From positions 1 to 48,723 of the IMG/VR virus record IMGVR_UViG_3300021255_000132: a stretch of DNA of 48,723 nt; one strand, 5' to 3'. This stretch comes from a virus. Shown here piece after piece: positions 31,092-40,712 of the stretch (position 1 is its first letter; every line of letters starts with the position of its first letter). Under the pieces are notes generated by a model. It was not told the origin of the DNA and did no database searches. It worked only from the letters and a program-made list of their open reading frames with translations. The translations under genes were made by a program, and so were the position numbers.

Positions 31092-34000
31092 GAGTATGAC
31101 AACCTCCTCATTCTGGCTTCACGTTCACGCATCAGACGGTCAAATTTTGCTTCCAGCTCACGCTCTGCCTCTGCCAGCGCAGCTTTAAGCTGTCCGACTG
31201 TTCCTTCGTCTGCATTGCCGTTAATGGTTATCTGTGGCGCAAAGGTAAAGTCCGTATGGCTATTATCATAGCTATGTGGGGCTTCTATTGGTTGCACCGG
31301 CTCGTCAACTGTTATTGCTGGTACTGCCTGCGCAATTTCCGGCTGACTTGCCATCACATTAACCATCGGCTGCGGGATATCCGGCATGGCCATCGCAGGG
31401 CTGGATGCCACATTTACCACCGACTGTGGAATGTCCGGCAAAACTGTCTGCATTTGCGGAATTGAAATGTTTGGCGTTTCGCCGGCTGTGACATTAACGG
31501 CCTGCTGAATGGGCACGCCCTGTGGGAGTGCCCCCATCATGGCACCGGCCTGTTGCCATAGTCGCATTCCATTCTTCGAACCGTCCAGCGGGATTATTGC
31601 TTCTGGTCCCGCCTCGGCCACCAAACCTAAGTGTGGTTGGTTGAAGATACCGCCTTTAGCATGTGGCGCCGCATTGACACCGATGCTAAAGCCAGCACTA
31701 AATGTTGACTTTATATTCTCCCATGCGTTGCTAATAACGCTTGAGATAGCACCGGGCAACTGGTTAATCCAGTTCATTACGCCTTCATATGCTGACTGCG
31801 CCCAGCTAATAGCCGCATTAACAAACGCTGTCCCCGCCTCAACACACGCTGCAGGCAGTTGCTGTAAGAACGCAGACACACTAGCCACAAGCTGAGTCAG
31901 CCACGATACTGCAGTATTATAGGTCTGAGACAGCCATGCTATTACATCTGCAATAAACTGTGTTGCCATTTGCTGTAACTGCATAGGCAGCTGTTGCAGG
32001 AATGTTATTGTTGCTGTTACAGTCTGCGACAGCCATTGTGAAACTGTGGCATAAGTCTGACTTAGCCATTCCGCAGCATTTGATACAAACTGTGTTCCTG
32101 CCGTTTGAATTTGCCCTGGCAAAGCATTTACCCAAGCCGTAAAAGATGCCCATGCTGCAGCAATTCTCCCCGGCACAGTGCTGAGATAGCCTATAACCAT
32201 ACCAAAGCCCATAACAATGTTCATCGGCAGGTTGCTGACAAAGGTAATACAGGATGATATGCCCTGCTGGATAGTATTACCCAGCCACGTCATAGTATTG
32301 CTGGCCGTTTCCGTCAAACCATTCCACATGCCAGACAGTCCATTACTTGCCCATTGCGCCGTGTTGACAGCTTCATTTACCAGCCATTGGTAAGTATTTG
32401 ACGCCTCGGCCTTGACTGCTTCCCAGCCGGTTCCTGGTTGTGCATCCACAGTCACTGCTTTGCCATCTCCTGCCTCCGGTGTTTCCGTCGATTCCGGCGA
32501 TTCCGGTTTAACTCCACCAAAGCCCAGTAGATTGCTCAACATTTGAGACGCACCGCCCACAAAGGCTTCTATTGTGCCCCTTATTCCATCAAGCACGCCG
32601 CCCGCTATGTCAGACAAGCCATTCCATGCTTTCTCCCAGTCACCGCTAAACACGCCTGTGACAAAAGTTATAAGTCCACCAATCACTTTAGCTAATGTCT
32701 CAATGATATTGGCTATGATATTGATTGATGTCTCAATAGTTGCTGCCAGCCCGGCAAATATTACCTCTACAGCAAAGCCCAGGTTGTTGAATACAGCGGC
32801 AATAAGTTCTGAAGAAGATGAAGATTGCCCTGTGACTTTATTCCAGACATTTGTAATGGTATCCACTACCCGCCCAAATGTGTCACTTATTCGCTGGACA
32901 GTGCCAGAAATGATGTTGGAGATGTATCCCCACACCACGCCAGCAGTTTCCTTGAAACTTTCCCAATTTGCGATTACTATACCAACCACGGCAGACAGCG
33001 CCAACAGCGCCAACCCGATGGGGTTTGTCGCCATGATGGTGCGTATGACGATAAAAGCACCACGGATGCCGTTTACCAATCCGCCCGCGAAAAGCGTGCG
33101 TATAAAAGTAATTGCTCCCGTGATTGCAGTTCCTATAGAAGACATCATGCCCGTAACCACGCCCATTATCGCGCTGCCAGCACCAGATATCAGCCCTGGT
33201 ATGGCACTAATGCCGTTTACCATGGCCATCGGTGCACGTCCAATCATAGTGAATACCTGGAATATGCGCTGGCCTAGTGCTCTGAACGCACCTGACAGTG
33301 TTGGCACATATCCTATTGTCGTTTCGCAGAACAATGCAAACTTCGCTCCAAAAAGCGCGATGTACGCTTGCGCTGTCTTGAACGCATAAAAAGAAACTGC
33401 AGCACCTGCAACAGCAGCCGCCACGGCTCCCAGCCCGGCAACCAATTCCTGATGCTCTTTTGCCCATGCAGTAAACGAGCTTACTACCTCAGATATTTTT
33501 TTGATAATTGCCGTGAGTGGGGGCAAGAACACCTGCCCCAAAGCAATGGCAGCACCTTCCACTGCTGACATCAGCTGAGTTATAGCACCTTTGGCATTGT
33601 TATTCATAGTCGCTGCCATTTTTGCCGCTGCGCCTTCTGAATTATTAATGGCATTTGTCAGCTTGGCGTAGTCCTCATCAGAAGCATTGACTACTGCCAG
33701 TAAACCAGACATAGCTTCCTGTCCTGCCAACATTTTGGCATAAGATGCCTGCTGCTCTTTGGTCATACCCTTAAACTTGGCACGCAGGTCATTCATTGTC
33801 TCTGCGAAGGGTTTAATTGTGCCATCTGCATTGGTAATAGATATCCCTAGTTGTATCATGGCGTTTTCCGATTCCTTTGTCGGTGCCGCCAATCTTGTCA
33901 TGATAGACCTTAGCGATGTACCTGCTTGGTCTGCTTTAATGCCCGCATTAGCCATCAAGCCCGTAGCTACTGCCACATCTTCCAACTTATAACCCATAGC

Positions 34001-34777
34001 ACCTGCGACAGCACCCGCGTATTTGAACGTCTGGCCCATCATTTCCACGTTGGTGTTTGCGTTTGTGCTGGCGGCGGCCATAACATCAGCCATCCGCCCA
34101 GCCTCATTCGCGCTCATCCCAAATGCAGTCAAATCATCAGACACGATGTCAGCCGTAGTTGCTAAATCAGTGCCGGATGCGGCTGCCAAATCGAGCAATC
34201 CAGGCATACCGCCTATGATTTGCTCGGTTTTCCAGCCCGCCATACCTAAATATGACATAGCTTCTGCAGCTTGTGATGCTGAAAACTGTGTTTTGGCACC
34301 CAACTCCTGGGCCGTGGCATTCAGCTTTTTCATATCCTCATTAGAGGCATTGGTGATGGCCTGCACTTTACTCATAGCCTGCTCAAAGTTAGCAGCTACT
34401 GTTACAGCACCAACCAACGGAGCCGCAGCCACCGTTGCAGCGCCCGCAACTGCGCCAAGGCGCCCTTGCTGTGTATTTACATTTTGCTGTGCCGATTCTA
34501 CGGCGGCCATACGGTTGGCAAGCTGTGCGCGACGTTCTGTCAGCTGGGTTATCTGCCTCTGCAGTTGCTGAGCACGCTGCAGTGTGGCTTCATTGACACG
34601 CCCATATTGCCTAACCTCTTCGTCCATCCGTCTCCAGGCGTTGTGCATTTCCTGCGTAAGACTTTTGGTTTGATTCTTCAAGCCAGACATCTCACTCATG
34701 GCCCGTCTCGTTGAACTTGCCAGGCTACCGTCAACCCGTCCTTTAATCGCAATAGCCAATTCCAACAATCTGCTCAC
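31088..34777 (-). CDS. Tail tape measure protein (1229 aa, GTG start)
   Basis: It is the largest ORF. The N-terminal coiled coil, the central conserved MSKVQAITNAS...L..A.ELGAKTQFSASQAAEAM..LGMAG segment and the Gly/Ala-rich hydrophobic repeats all fit a tape measure. Confidence 0.9.
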   Translation of the reverse strand: MSRLLELAIAIKGRVDGSLASSTRRAMSEMSGLKNQTKSLTQEMHNAWRRMDEEVRQYGRVNEATLQRAQQLQRQITQLTERRAQLANRMAAVESAQQNVNTQQGRLGAVAGAATVAAAPLVGAVTVAANFEQAMSKVQAITNASNEDMKKLNATAQELGAKTQFSASQAAEAMSYLGMAGWKTEQIIGGMPGLLDLAAASGTDLATTADIVSDDLTAFGMSANEAGRMADVMAAASTNANTNVEMMGQTFKYAGAVAGAMGYKLEDVAVATGLMANAGIKADQAGTSLRSIMTRLAAPTKESENAMIQLGISITNADGTIKPFAETMNDLRAKFKGMTKEQQASYAKMLAGQEAMSGLLAVVNASDEDYAKLTNAINNSEGAAAKMAATMNNNAKGAITQLMSAVEGAAIALGQVFLPPLTAIIKKISEVVSSFTAWAKEHQELVAGLGAVAAAVAGAAVSFYAFKTAQAYIALFGAKFALFCETTIGYVPTLSGAFRALGQRIFQVFTMIGRAPMAMVNGISAIPGLISGAGSAIMGVVTGMMSSIGTAITGAITFIRTLFAGGLVNGIRGAFIVIRTIMATNPIGLALLALSAVVGIVIANWESFKETAGVVWGYISNIISGTVQRISDTFGRVVDTITNVWNKVTGQSSSSSELIAAVFNNLGFAVEVIFAGLAATIETSINIIANIIETLAKVIGGLITFVTGVFSGDWEKAWNGLSDIAGGVLDGIRGTIEAFVGGASQMLSNLLGFGGVKPESPESTETPEAGDGKAVTVDAQPGTGWEAVKAEASNTYQWLVNEAVNTAQWASNGLSGMWNGLTETASNTMTWLGNTIQQGISSCITFVSNLPMNIVMGFGMVIGYLSTVPGRIAAAWASFTAWVNALPGQIQTAGTQFVSNAAEWLSQTYATVSQWLSQTVTATITFLQQLPMQLQQMATQFIADVIAWLSQTYNTAVSWLTQLVASVSAFLQQLPAACVEAGTAFVNAAISWAQSAYEGVMNWINQLPGAISSVISNAWENIKSTFSAGFSIGVNAAPHAKGGIFNQPHLGLVAEAGPEAIIPLDGSKNGMRLWQQAGAMMGALPQGVPIQQAVNVTAGETPNISIPQMQTVLPDIPQSVVNVASSPAMAMPDIPQPMVNVMASQPEIAQAVPAITVDEPVQPIEAPHSYDNSHTDFTFAPQITINGNADEGTVGQLKAALAEAERELEAKFDRLMREREARMRRLSYS

Positions 34778-34782
34778 TCAGC

Positions 34783-35273
34783 TCACCTCCCCTGTGGTTC
34801 TTCCGCCGTCCCTTTGTTCTCTCTCTTGATTTCGGCACCGATTATGCTCATCCACTCCGCTAATTCGCTGACAGGCATGGCCATGTAGTCCGTCACTGGT
34901 GTTTTGCTATAACGTGCCATACGTAAGACCGACTTCCTTAGACCGTCTGGTCTTGGGCACCAAGTAAAAAAGCCTGTACCTTGACCGTAGCCGCTGTAAA
35001 ATCCATGGCATTCAGTGCGAGGATTTCCTCATACTTTACGCCCGCAGCGATAGCCGCCACGTGTGCCTGATAAGCCTGTGACAATGCCGGCACAATCATC
35101 TGGGGATCATCTTTCTTCGCCTCACGTGCTGCCTTCACCAATTTGAAGCCCGTGATTTTGTCAAAATCAAAAATCAGCTTATCCACGCCACTTGCAAGCG
35201 GTTTGGATAGTGTGACCACATTATTATCATCAATGATCTCTGCCTCGATGGCTTTTACAGCTTTTTCTGCCAT
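34783..35273 (-). CDS. Frameshift-extended tail chaperone isoform (-1 PRF at T_TTT_TTA)
   Basis: The zero frame reads GCT TTT TTA CTT. A -1 slip at 34971-34965 enters a frame that stays open to the TGA at 34783-34785. I verified by hand that this is the frame of MARYSKTPV.... Confidence 0.6.
34938..35273 (-). CDS. Tail assembly chaperone (gpE/XkdN-like), 111 aa
   Basis: It lies between the tube and tape measure genes and ends just after a slippery heptamer. Confidence 0.65.
   Translation of the reverse strand: MAEKAVKAIEAEIIDDNNVVTLSKPLASGVDKLIFDFDKITGFKLVKAAREAKKDDPQMIVPALSQAYQAHVAAIAAGVKYEEILALNAMDFTAATVKVQAFLLGAQDQTV
34965..34971 (-). promoter_or_regulatory. Slippery heptamer T_TTT_TTA
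   Basis: Read directly; the plus strand is taaaaaa. Confidence 0.6.
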
Positions 35274-35346
35274 GTTAAATCCTCCTTTTAAAAGTCAGGC
35301 GTGGTTTCCCACGCCCTCCCATTTACCTATTTTCAATTATCAGCTA

Positions 35347-35874
35347 TCAGCTCATGCCAATGTTGCGGCGTACAGCTTCCATGATATCAACGCCATTGAT
35401 AACGGCTTTATAGCCAAACTTATCAATTTCTACGATAGTCTTGCCGCCCACCTCAAACTTAATATAGTGACACTCAAGCGTATTGCTTGCATCAGCAGTT
35501 TTACCCGCCTCCATGGTGCCCGGCTTGTAACTCTTAGCACGGCCACGGATGACCACACGCACCTGCTCATGGCCATACTCATTAACGCCACCATCAAAAT
35601 GCTGCGTATCGCCATAGAGTTCCAAAGCAAATGCTTCGCCACCGATAATGGACAAGCCCGTCTCTTCGATGGTGCGCCAATTAAAAGTCACTTCCATGCT
35701 TTCAAAGTGGCCACGCACCGGTGCATCCAGTTTTCCTGCCAAGCCAATACCAGTAACTTCGGTGGTCATGCTGGACAGTTCCGGCAGTTCAATGTTTGTC
35801 ACGCCGATAAAGCTATCTGCACCTTCCAGATAGGCTCTCATATCGTTCAGAAACTCAGGAATTTTATTAGCCAT
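35347..35874 (-). CDS. Tail tube protein (P2 FII-like), 175 aa
   Basis: MANKIPEFLNDMRAYLEGADSFIGVTNIELPELSSMTTEVTG resembles the FII N-terminus. It follows the sheath gene. Confidence 0.75.
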   Translation of the reverse strand: MANKIPEFLNDMRAYLEGADSFIGVTNIELPELSSMTTEVTGIGLAGKLDAPVRGHFESMEVTFNWRTIEETGLSIIGGEAFALELYGDTQHFDGGVNEYGHEQVRVVIRGRAKSYKPGTMEAGKTADASNTLECHYIKFEVGGKTIVEIDKFGYKAVINGVDIMEAVRRNIGMS

Positions 35875-35889
35875 TTATTATCACCTCAC

Positions 35890-37308
35890 TCAGTCGTTAA
35901 ACAATGCCCGGAAGTTGTTGACATCATATTCCAGCACATCTTCAATCTGCTCAGCCGGTACAGGCGGGGTGATGTAAGTGTGGACACGGAAGATGCCATT
36001 TAGCAGGTCTGTCAACGGGTTCTCCTCTTCGAGGAACTGTACCGATGCACCCAGCAAATAGCCGCGTGCAGCCAGCCCATTAAGGCGAATCTGCTCACTG
36101 TCAACAATCGTCTTGACTAAGCGGCGCGTAAGCGGCTGGTCAACCTTTTGCCAATAAGTGAGGATAAACGTCTGATACTGCCAATCAAACATTCTGCGAA
36201 CGCAACCAAAGCAATCTTTGACATCGGTATTGCTCGGATAAGCCGCCGTGCGATTGCCCCAGCCTTTCCAGCCGCCCGTGAAGTTCAGTGCCGTATAAAT
36301 ACCCTGGCCGTTCAGCAGGTTAGCCTGGTCAAGCGACAGAGTAACTTCCGTGCCATCCTTGAGACAAGTACCAGTAATCTGCATGGTGAGATTACTGGGC
36401 GACTGGTACGGCACATCCCCGTTAGCAGCATCCATCACGCCAATCATGCCGATTAAGTGTGTGGACATATAAAAAATATGGTCTCCGTTGCGGACGCAGG
36501 GCCAGCAAGCATACTGATTAGTACCGGTATAGTTGTTGTTGTTCTTCCAGGTATTTACGGCATCATAAGAGGTTGCCTGAGTCGTATCAATATCGGTCAA
36601 ACAGATGCAACGGAACAAGCCCATAATGTTGAGTGCATGCGCTTTTAGCGATGCAGCAATCGTCGGGTTCTGCGTCCAGCCCGGTGCAGCGAGCACGCCT
36701 GGTACGATAGACAGGCGGGGATAGATGCTGTCAATCAGATTGAATGCCTCAAGCTTATCGTCATCATCTACCAGGCTAGGGTCAAGCTTATCGTAGCTGA
36801 CAAAGATGCTCGTTACATCCGCCGCCACATTAATCATAGTAATGACCAGTTCGCCATCATCGTTATAAGCTGCTGTGTAGTCTTCGTTGAGCACTTTAGG
36901 GTCAGCCTCGGTCGAAGTACGCACAGCCAAAGTCCCAAGCAGGACAGGCTCTTTGATGGTCACAGTCTTATCTGCCGACAATGCCTGCTCAGCATTAGTT
37001 ACTGCCGTTTTATGCTTAGCCGGATCAAGTACGTTGACAAAGCAAATCGGCGCTACTGCGTACAGATTAAACTCAGCATAGAGCACTTCAGACAACGTGA
37101 ATTTGCCCCAGTCACTGCTATAGCCAAATTTCTTCTTGCCCTCCTCATAGGAATACAGGATAGTCGGCTTGTTGACATAAGCAGCAGGGTTATCCGTCAG
37201 ATGAATCGGCGCAGTGCCAAATACAACCGGAAAGCCTGCCGTAGTCTGTACCGGCGATACGATAGAAGTTGGCACTTCGCCAGCCTTTACGCCATGAAAA
37301 TATGCCAT
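35890..37308 (-). CDS. Contractile tail sheath protein, 472 aa
   Basis: The N-terminus MAYFHGVKAGEVPTSIVSPVQTTAGFPVVFGTAP, the size and the synteny all fit a sheath protein. Confidence 0.85.
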   Translation of the reverse strand: MAYFHGVKAGEVPTSIVSPVQTTAGFPVVFGTAPIHLTDNPAAYVNKPTILYSYEEGKKKFGYSSDWGKFTLSEVLYAEFNLYAVAPICFVNVLDPAKHKTAVTNAEQALSADKTVTIKEPVLLGTLAVRTSTEADPKVLNEDYTAAYNDDGELVITMINVAADVTSIFVSYDKLDPSLVDDDDKLEAFNLIDSIYPRLSIVPGVLAAPGWTQNPTIAASLKAHALNIMGLFRCICLTDIDTTQATSYDAVNTWKNNNNYTGTNQYACWPCVRNGDHIFYMSTHLIGMIGVMDAANGDVPYQSPSNLTMQITGTCLKDGTEVTLSLDQANLLNGQGIYTALNFTGGWKGWGNRTAAYPSNTDVKDCFGCVRRMFDWQYQTFILTYWQKVDQPLTRRLVKTIVDSEQIRLNGLAARGYLLGASVQFLEEENPLTDLLNGIFRVHTYITPPVPAEQIEDVLEYDVNNFRALFND

Positions 37309-37310
37309 TT

Positions 37311-37568
37311 TTACATTCCACCTTTCTGGTGAGCCGCTACGGCCTGCTGGTAAAATGTGTTGAGTGCAGTCCCCTTGCGGGCAATCTGTTCTCTCGCTTC
37401 CACCAGCTTGTCAGGCGGCACAAACAAATGCTTATAAATAGGGTCTTCAGCAAACTGTGCTGGAATTTCCCTGTAAAATTTGAAAGTCCGCATCTCGCCG
37501 TCCTTGAATTGAGGGCCGACATAGATTACGGACTGTGGCTTAGCTTTAACGCTTTTCTTTTTTCTCAT
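37311..37568 (-). CDS. Hypothetical structural-module protein (85 aa)
   Basis: The ATG at 37568 forms an ATGA overlap with the upstream gene. Confidence 0.45.
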   Translation of the reverse strand: MRKKKSVKAKPQSVIYVGPQFKDGEMRTFKFYREIPAQFAEDPIYKHLFVPPDKLVEAREQIARKGTALNTFYQQAVAAHQKGGM

Positions 37569-38035
37569 TTTTCCCACCCATTCAATACTTGATGATTTTC
37601 TGGCTGTGGGAGATTTACCGTGAATTCCATCTGTCCCCACCACTGGGGATATGGTTGCTCACCGGGTATGTATGTGTCCATGCTCCCGCGCTTAATCTGC
37701 CATTTATTTTTGATTGGATTTTCCTCCAGCAATTTCAGCCGCAAGAATTCCAACATGTGGAACATGCCCTGTGCTCCGCCTATCATGTCCTCATCAAAGG
37801 TCGTCACGATAATGAGCACAGTCAGCAAGGTTTCCTCTTCCCCATCCACCACTTCTGCCGGGCGGATAACAACAGCAGGGCAAAGTTTTTTCTTCGTCTC
37901 GCGGGTATTGGCGTATGGAAGAAAGCCTGCATACACATTGACAGGGGTATGTTCTTCCTCATCATGCTCGTCATAATCAGCAAACACTTCGTCAAGGAAA
38001 TTCTTTAGGCCTTCCACACACTCAAGCGGTGTCAT
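37565..38035 (-). CDS. Putative tail terminator / neck protein (156 aa)
   Basis: Positional call only. Confidence 0.4.
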   Translation of the reverse strand: MTPLECVEGLKNFLDEVFADYDEHDEEEHTPVNVYAGFLPYANTRETKKKLCPAVVIRPAEVVDGEEETLLTVLIIVTTFDEDMIGGAQGMFHMLEFLRLKLLEENPIKNKWQIKRGSMDTYIPGEQPYPQWWGQMEFTVNLPQPENHQVLNGWEK

Positions 38036-38571
38036 TGCCCCAGCCTCCTTTCAAGTTCATGCATCAGCCTGTTCTCATACATCTCCATCATCCTTGCCTG
38101 TACCTCTCCCATAACCTCGACATTTTGGAAAAGCTGTGGCACTGATGGGCCATATAAGCCCTTAAGCGGGCCACGCTCCGGGCCAACACGCGCCACCAAT
38201 CTGCCGTTGTCCGGTCTTTGGAATGACCTGGGTACTGTTTTACCTTTGCCGCGCTTGATTGCCACGAAAATCCCGTGAGCATTCTTGCGGGCCCGGTATT
38301 TCTTCACCGGCTCAAATGGGCCTTTGATTTCAATGCGTGTCTCCGTACCGCCTATATCCGCTTTGATGTTAGCGCGGTTCTTTATATCCCCGGCTTTGAT
38401 GGTGTATATCTCCCTTATGCGCTTAGCTGCAAGCGTTCTGCCTGCTGTGGCTGCCCTGCGCTGGGCCGACATGATAGCCGGTATAATCTTTTGTCCTGAG
38501 ATACTGCCAATGGCTCTTTCTATCGCCCTGGCGCTAATCTCATTCAGTTCAACTTCAAACACAGCCATCAC
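38032..38571 (-). CDS. HK97 gp10-like head-tail connector protein (179 aa)
   Basis: Position and the general pattern (ELNEISARAIERAI...AAKRIREIY). Confidence 0.45.
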   Translation of the reverse strand: MMAVFEVELNEISARAIERAIGSISGQKIIPAIMSAQRRAATAGRTLAAKRIREIYTIKAGDIKNRANIKADIGGTETRIEIKGPFEPVKKYRARKNAHGIFVAIKRGKGKTVPRSFQRPDNGRLVARVGPERGPLKGLYGPSVPQLFQNVEVMGEVQARMMEMYENRLMHELERRLGQ

Positions 38572-38900
38572 CTCTCGTGCGCGTGCAGTTCAATCGACAG
38601 CATTCCCATATCGTCAGCAACACTATTGACAAAGAACGGCGTGCCATCTAGCGAGAATACCTGACCTTCCACCGGCGTTTCCGGCAAGTCTGCTTTACGA
38701 CAGTGCACCATTACCTCAACGCCGGATATGCCATTGTATTCGTCATAATTCTGGCCTGCGATGAAACGCTCTTGAGATGTCGGGGATTGCACAACAGCCT
38801 GGCAAACAGTTCCGTTTAAGTCATGCTCGTCCGCGAATTCGTCGGCATTGATAAAAACGTCGGTCAGGTCTTTTGCCACCATCTCCTTGAAGGCGCTCAT
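38568..38900 (-). CDS. Putative head-tail adaptor (110 aa)
   Basis: Positional call only. Confidence 0.4.
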   Translation of the reverse strand: MSAFKEMVAKDLTDVFINADEFADEHDLNGTVCQAVVQSPTSQERFIAGQNYDEYNGISGVEVMVHCRKADLPETPVEGQVFSLDGTPFFVNSVADDMGMLSIELHAHER

Positions 38901-39214
38901 TTTTTGCCGCCCTTTTTGCCGCCCTTCTTGACACCTGCCGTGGGGTCAACCGGTGGCAAATCTTTCACAGTTTCTTCCCCTGCGTCATCGTCAGCATCAT
39001 CGTCAGCGTCCGCAGGGTCAACCTGCGGTGCCTTCGGTTCTTCCGGCACAGGTTCTTCCGGTTCTGCTGCAGTCTCCTTCAAGAGCGTAGCAACACCCAG
39101 GCGAACAAAGCGTTCAGCAATCTCTTTGTCCACGTCTGCAGTCTGATTAAGCTTGTAGAGCTTCTTTCCGCATGTAATCATGCCTTTTGTTACTAAAATC
39201 TTCATGGCCATCAC
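38897..39214 (-). CDS. Hypothetical protein with an acidic Pro/Asp-rich region and a KKGGKKGGKK tail (105 aa)
   Basis: ORF with overlapping stop and start codons in the head module. Confidence 0.45.
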   Translation of the reverse strand: MMAMKILVTKGMITCGKKLYKLNQTADVDKEIAERFVRLGVATLLKETAAEPEEPVPEEPKAPQVDPADADDDADDDAGEETVKDLPPVDPTAGVKKGGKKGGKK

Positions 39215-40269
39215 GCTTTCGTCTTAATGTAAGCCCAGTCATCAGTGAATTCTGGGGCCAACAGGAACCGGCTGTAAACCGTCAGGCTCATCGTGTTCGA
39301 TGCCTTGGATGCTACATACTTCGGCACATACAGACCGGAATACGTCTCAAAGCCGTTTTCTGCATCGTCAATGAGATTGACTGCGCCATGGAGCTGACGG
39401 CCGCGCCCCGGAATGCCGATGATTACATCATCATCACCGAGGAATGGAACGACCTGACCTGCATCGTTGGTGTAGGTTTCCATGTATGCATATACTTCCA
39501 GATTCAGACTATGAATCACGCCGATACGCATAACCTGCGGTGAAGTGATACGCGGCTGAATGCTCATGAGGGACAGGTTATTGTTATTCGGAATAGCCAG
39601 CCACTTCATGATTTCCGTGTTGTTCATAAGATAATCCGCGATATTCTTTCCGCAAATCATCACCGTAGGGACAACGCCAGCGTTTTCCTGGATAGTTTCG
39701 GATGCATTCTTGATGTCCGAGTAAATCGTAGCTCCTGCCTGATCCCAATCGACATCCGGCGTGATGCTCTGATTCCAGTCAAAGCTGATGGTAGCCTGCT
39801 TTTCGGTTACGCCGTCATCAGCATAGCCTTTGATGGTATAGGAGCCCGTGGTGAGGATTTCTGCTGCCATCTGATTCTTGCGGTTCAGAATCATGGCCTG
39901 CAGTTCTTTCAAATCTGCTGCCTGAATCTCAGCCGCCCGCTGAGCTGCCGTTTTGCTCGTGTAGATGTTCTCGCCAAAGCCACGCTGTTCGATGTCAGCT
40001 GGGTTTACCGTGCGACGCGGTGCGACCATCGGCGGTTCATAGATGTTGATGTTGGAACCTTCACGGCTCACGTTTACGCCATGCACTTCGCCGTCAACAA
40101 CGAACGGGGCAAGGCGACGACCACCCTTGCGATATTCGACCATGATTTTGCTGGTCACGGCGGGTGTAGGGATGTTCGGGAAAAATGTGTCTACCAACGT
40201 GGTAGCAGGAGCTTTGAAACGCTCCATCGCCTGCATAAGAGATACAGTGTCTTTCATGTTAATGGCCAT
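39211..40269 (-). CDS. Major capsid protein, E-type (lambda gpE family), 352 aa
   Basis: The N-terminal ...LMQAMERFKAPATTLVDTFFPN..., the size, and the preceding decoration-protein and protease genes all fit. Confidence 0.75.
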   Translation of the reverse strand: MAINMKDTVSLMQAMERFKAPATTLVDTFFPNIPTPAVTSKIMVEYRKGGRRLAPFVVDGEVHGVNVSREGSNINIYEPPMVAPRRTVNPADIEQRGFGENIYTSKTAAQRAAEIQAADLKELQAMILNRKNQMAAEILTTGSYTIKGYADDGVTEKQATISFDWNQSITPDVDWDQAGATIYSDIKNASETIQENAGVVPTVMICGKNIADYLMNNTEIMKWLAIPNNNNLSLMSIQPRITSPQVMRIGVIHSLNLEVYAYMETYTNDAGQVVPFLGDDDVIIGIPGRGRQLHGAVNLIDDAENGFETYSGLYVPKYVASKASNTMSLTVYSRFLLAPEFTDDWAYIKTKA

Positions 40270-40287
40270 AATCTTTAGCCTCCTTCT

Positions 40288-40698
40288 TTACTTCAAGCTG
40301 GACAACAGAATGCCCACGCCGCGCAGTTCTTCTTCATGCCCCGTAACCGTATCGCCGGTGCTGGCAATGAGTTTTTCGCGATTGAAAAATCCACGCGTGT
40401 AAACCGTGCCTACCGCATCTGCTGCGCTGGCATCCACATCTTCTTTGGCAATGTATACAGCCACACCAGCAGGTACAGCGTCCTGTGCTTCGATATTGTG
40501 CTCTGCATCTGCTTCCACGGCCGCAATAGCTGCCGGCGTGGCGATAACCTTGCCTGTACCTGCGTCAATGCTCAAAAGAGCGCCGCGCTTGACATTGGTA
40601 CCACTCTTGAAGGTCACATTCTTAGTCATCATTGCGACCTCGGGGCCGGCGATGAGTTCATCATAGGCTACGCCGGTCATGGTTTCTAAACTAGCCAT
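40288..40698 (-). CDS. Head decoration protein (gpD-like), 136 aa
   Basis: Size, Ala/Gly/Val-rich composition and the position directly upstream of the capsid gene. Confidence 0.55.
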   Translation of the reverse strand: MASLETMTGVAYDELIAGPEVAMMTKNVTFKSGTNVKRGALLSIDAGTGKVIATPAAIAAVEADAEHNIEAQDAVPAGVAVYIAKEDVDASAADAVGTVYTRGFFNREKLIASTGDTVTGHEEELRGVGILLSSLK

Positions 40699-40712
40699 AA
40701 TCTTTTACCTCC

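Noticed and set aside
23130-36003. Long plus-strand ORFs inside structural genes, for example 23130-23921 (263 aa), 29826-30665 (279 aa), 32574-33389 (271 aa) and 35143-36003 (286 aa). The minus-strand ORF 15347-15964 inside the integrase gene is the same kind of case.
   Set aside because: These are shadow ORFs antisense to genes with clear homology-like motifs. Their sequences are low-complexity or odd in composition, they lack an SD, and they span gene boundaries of the real genes.
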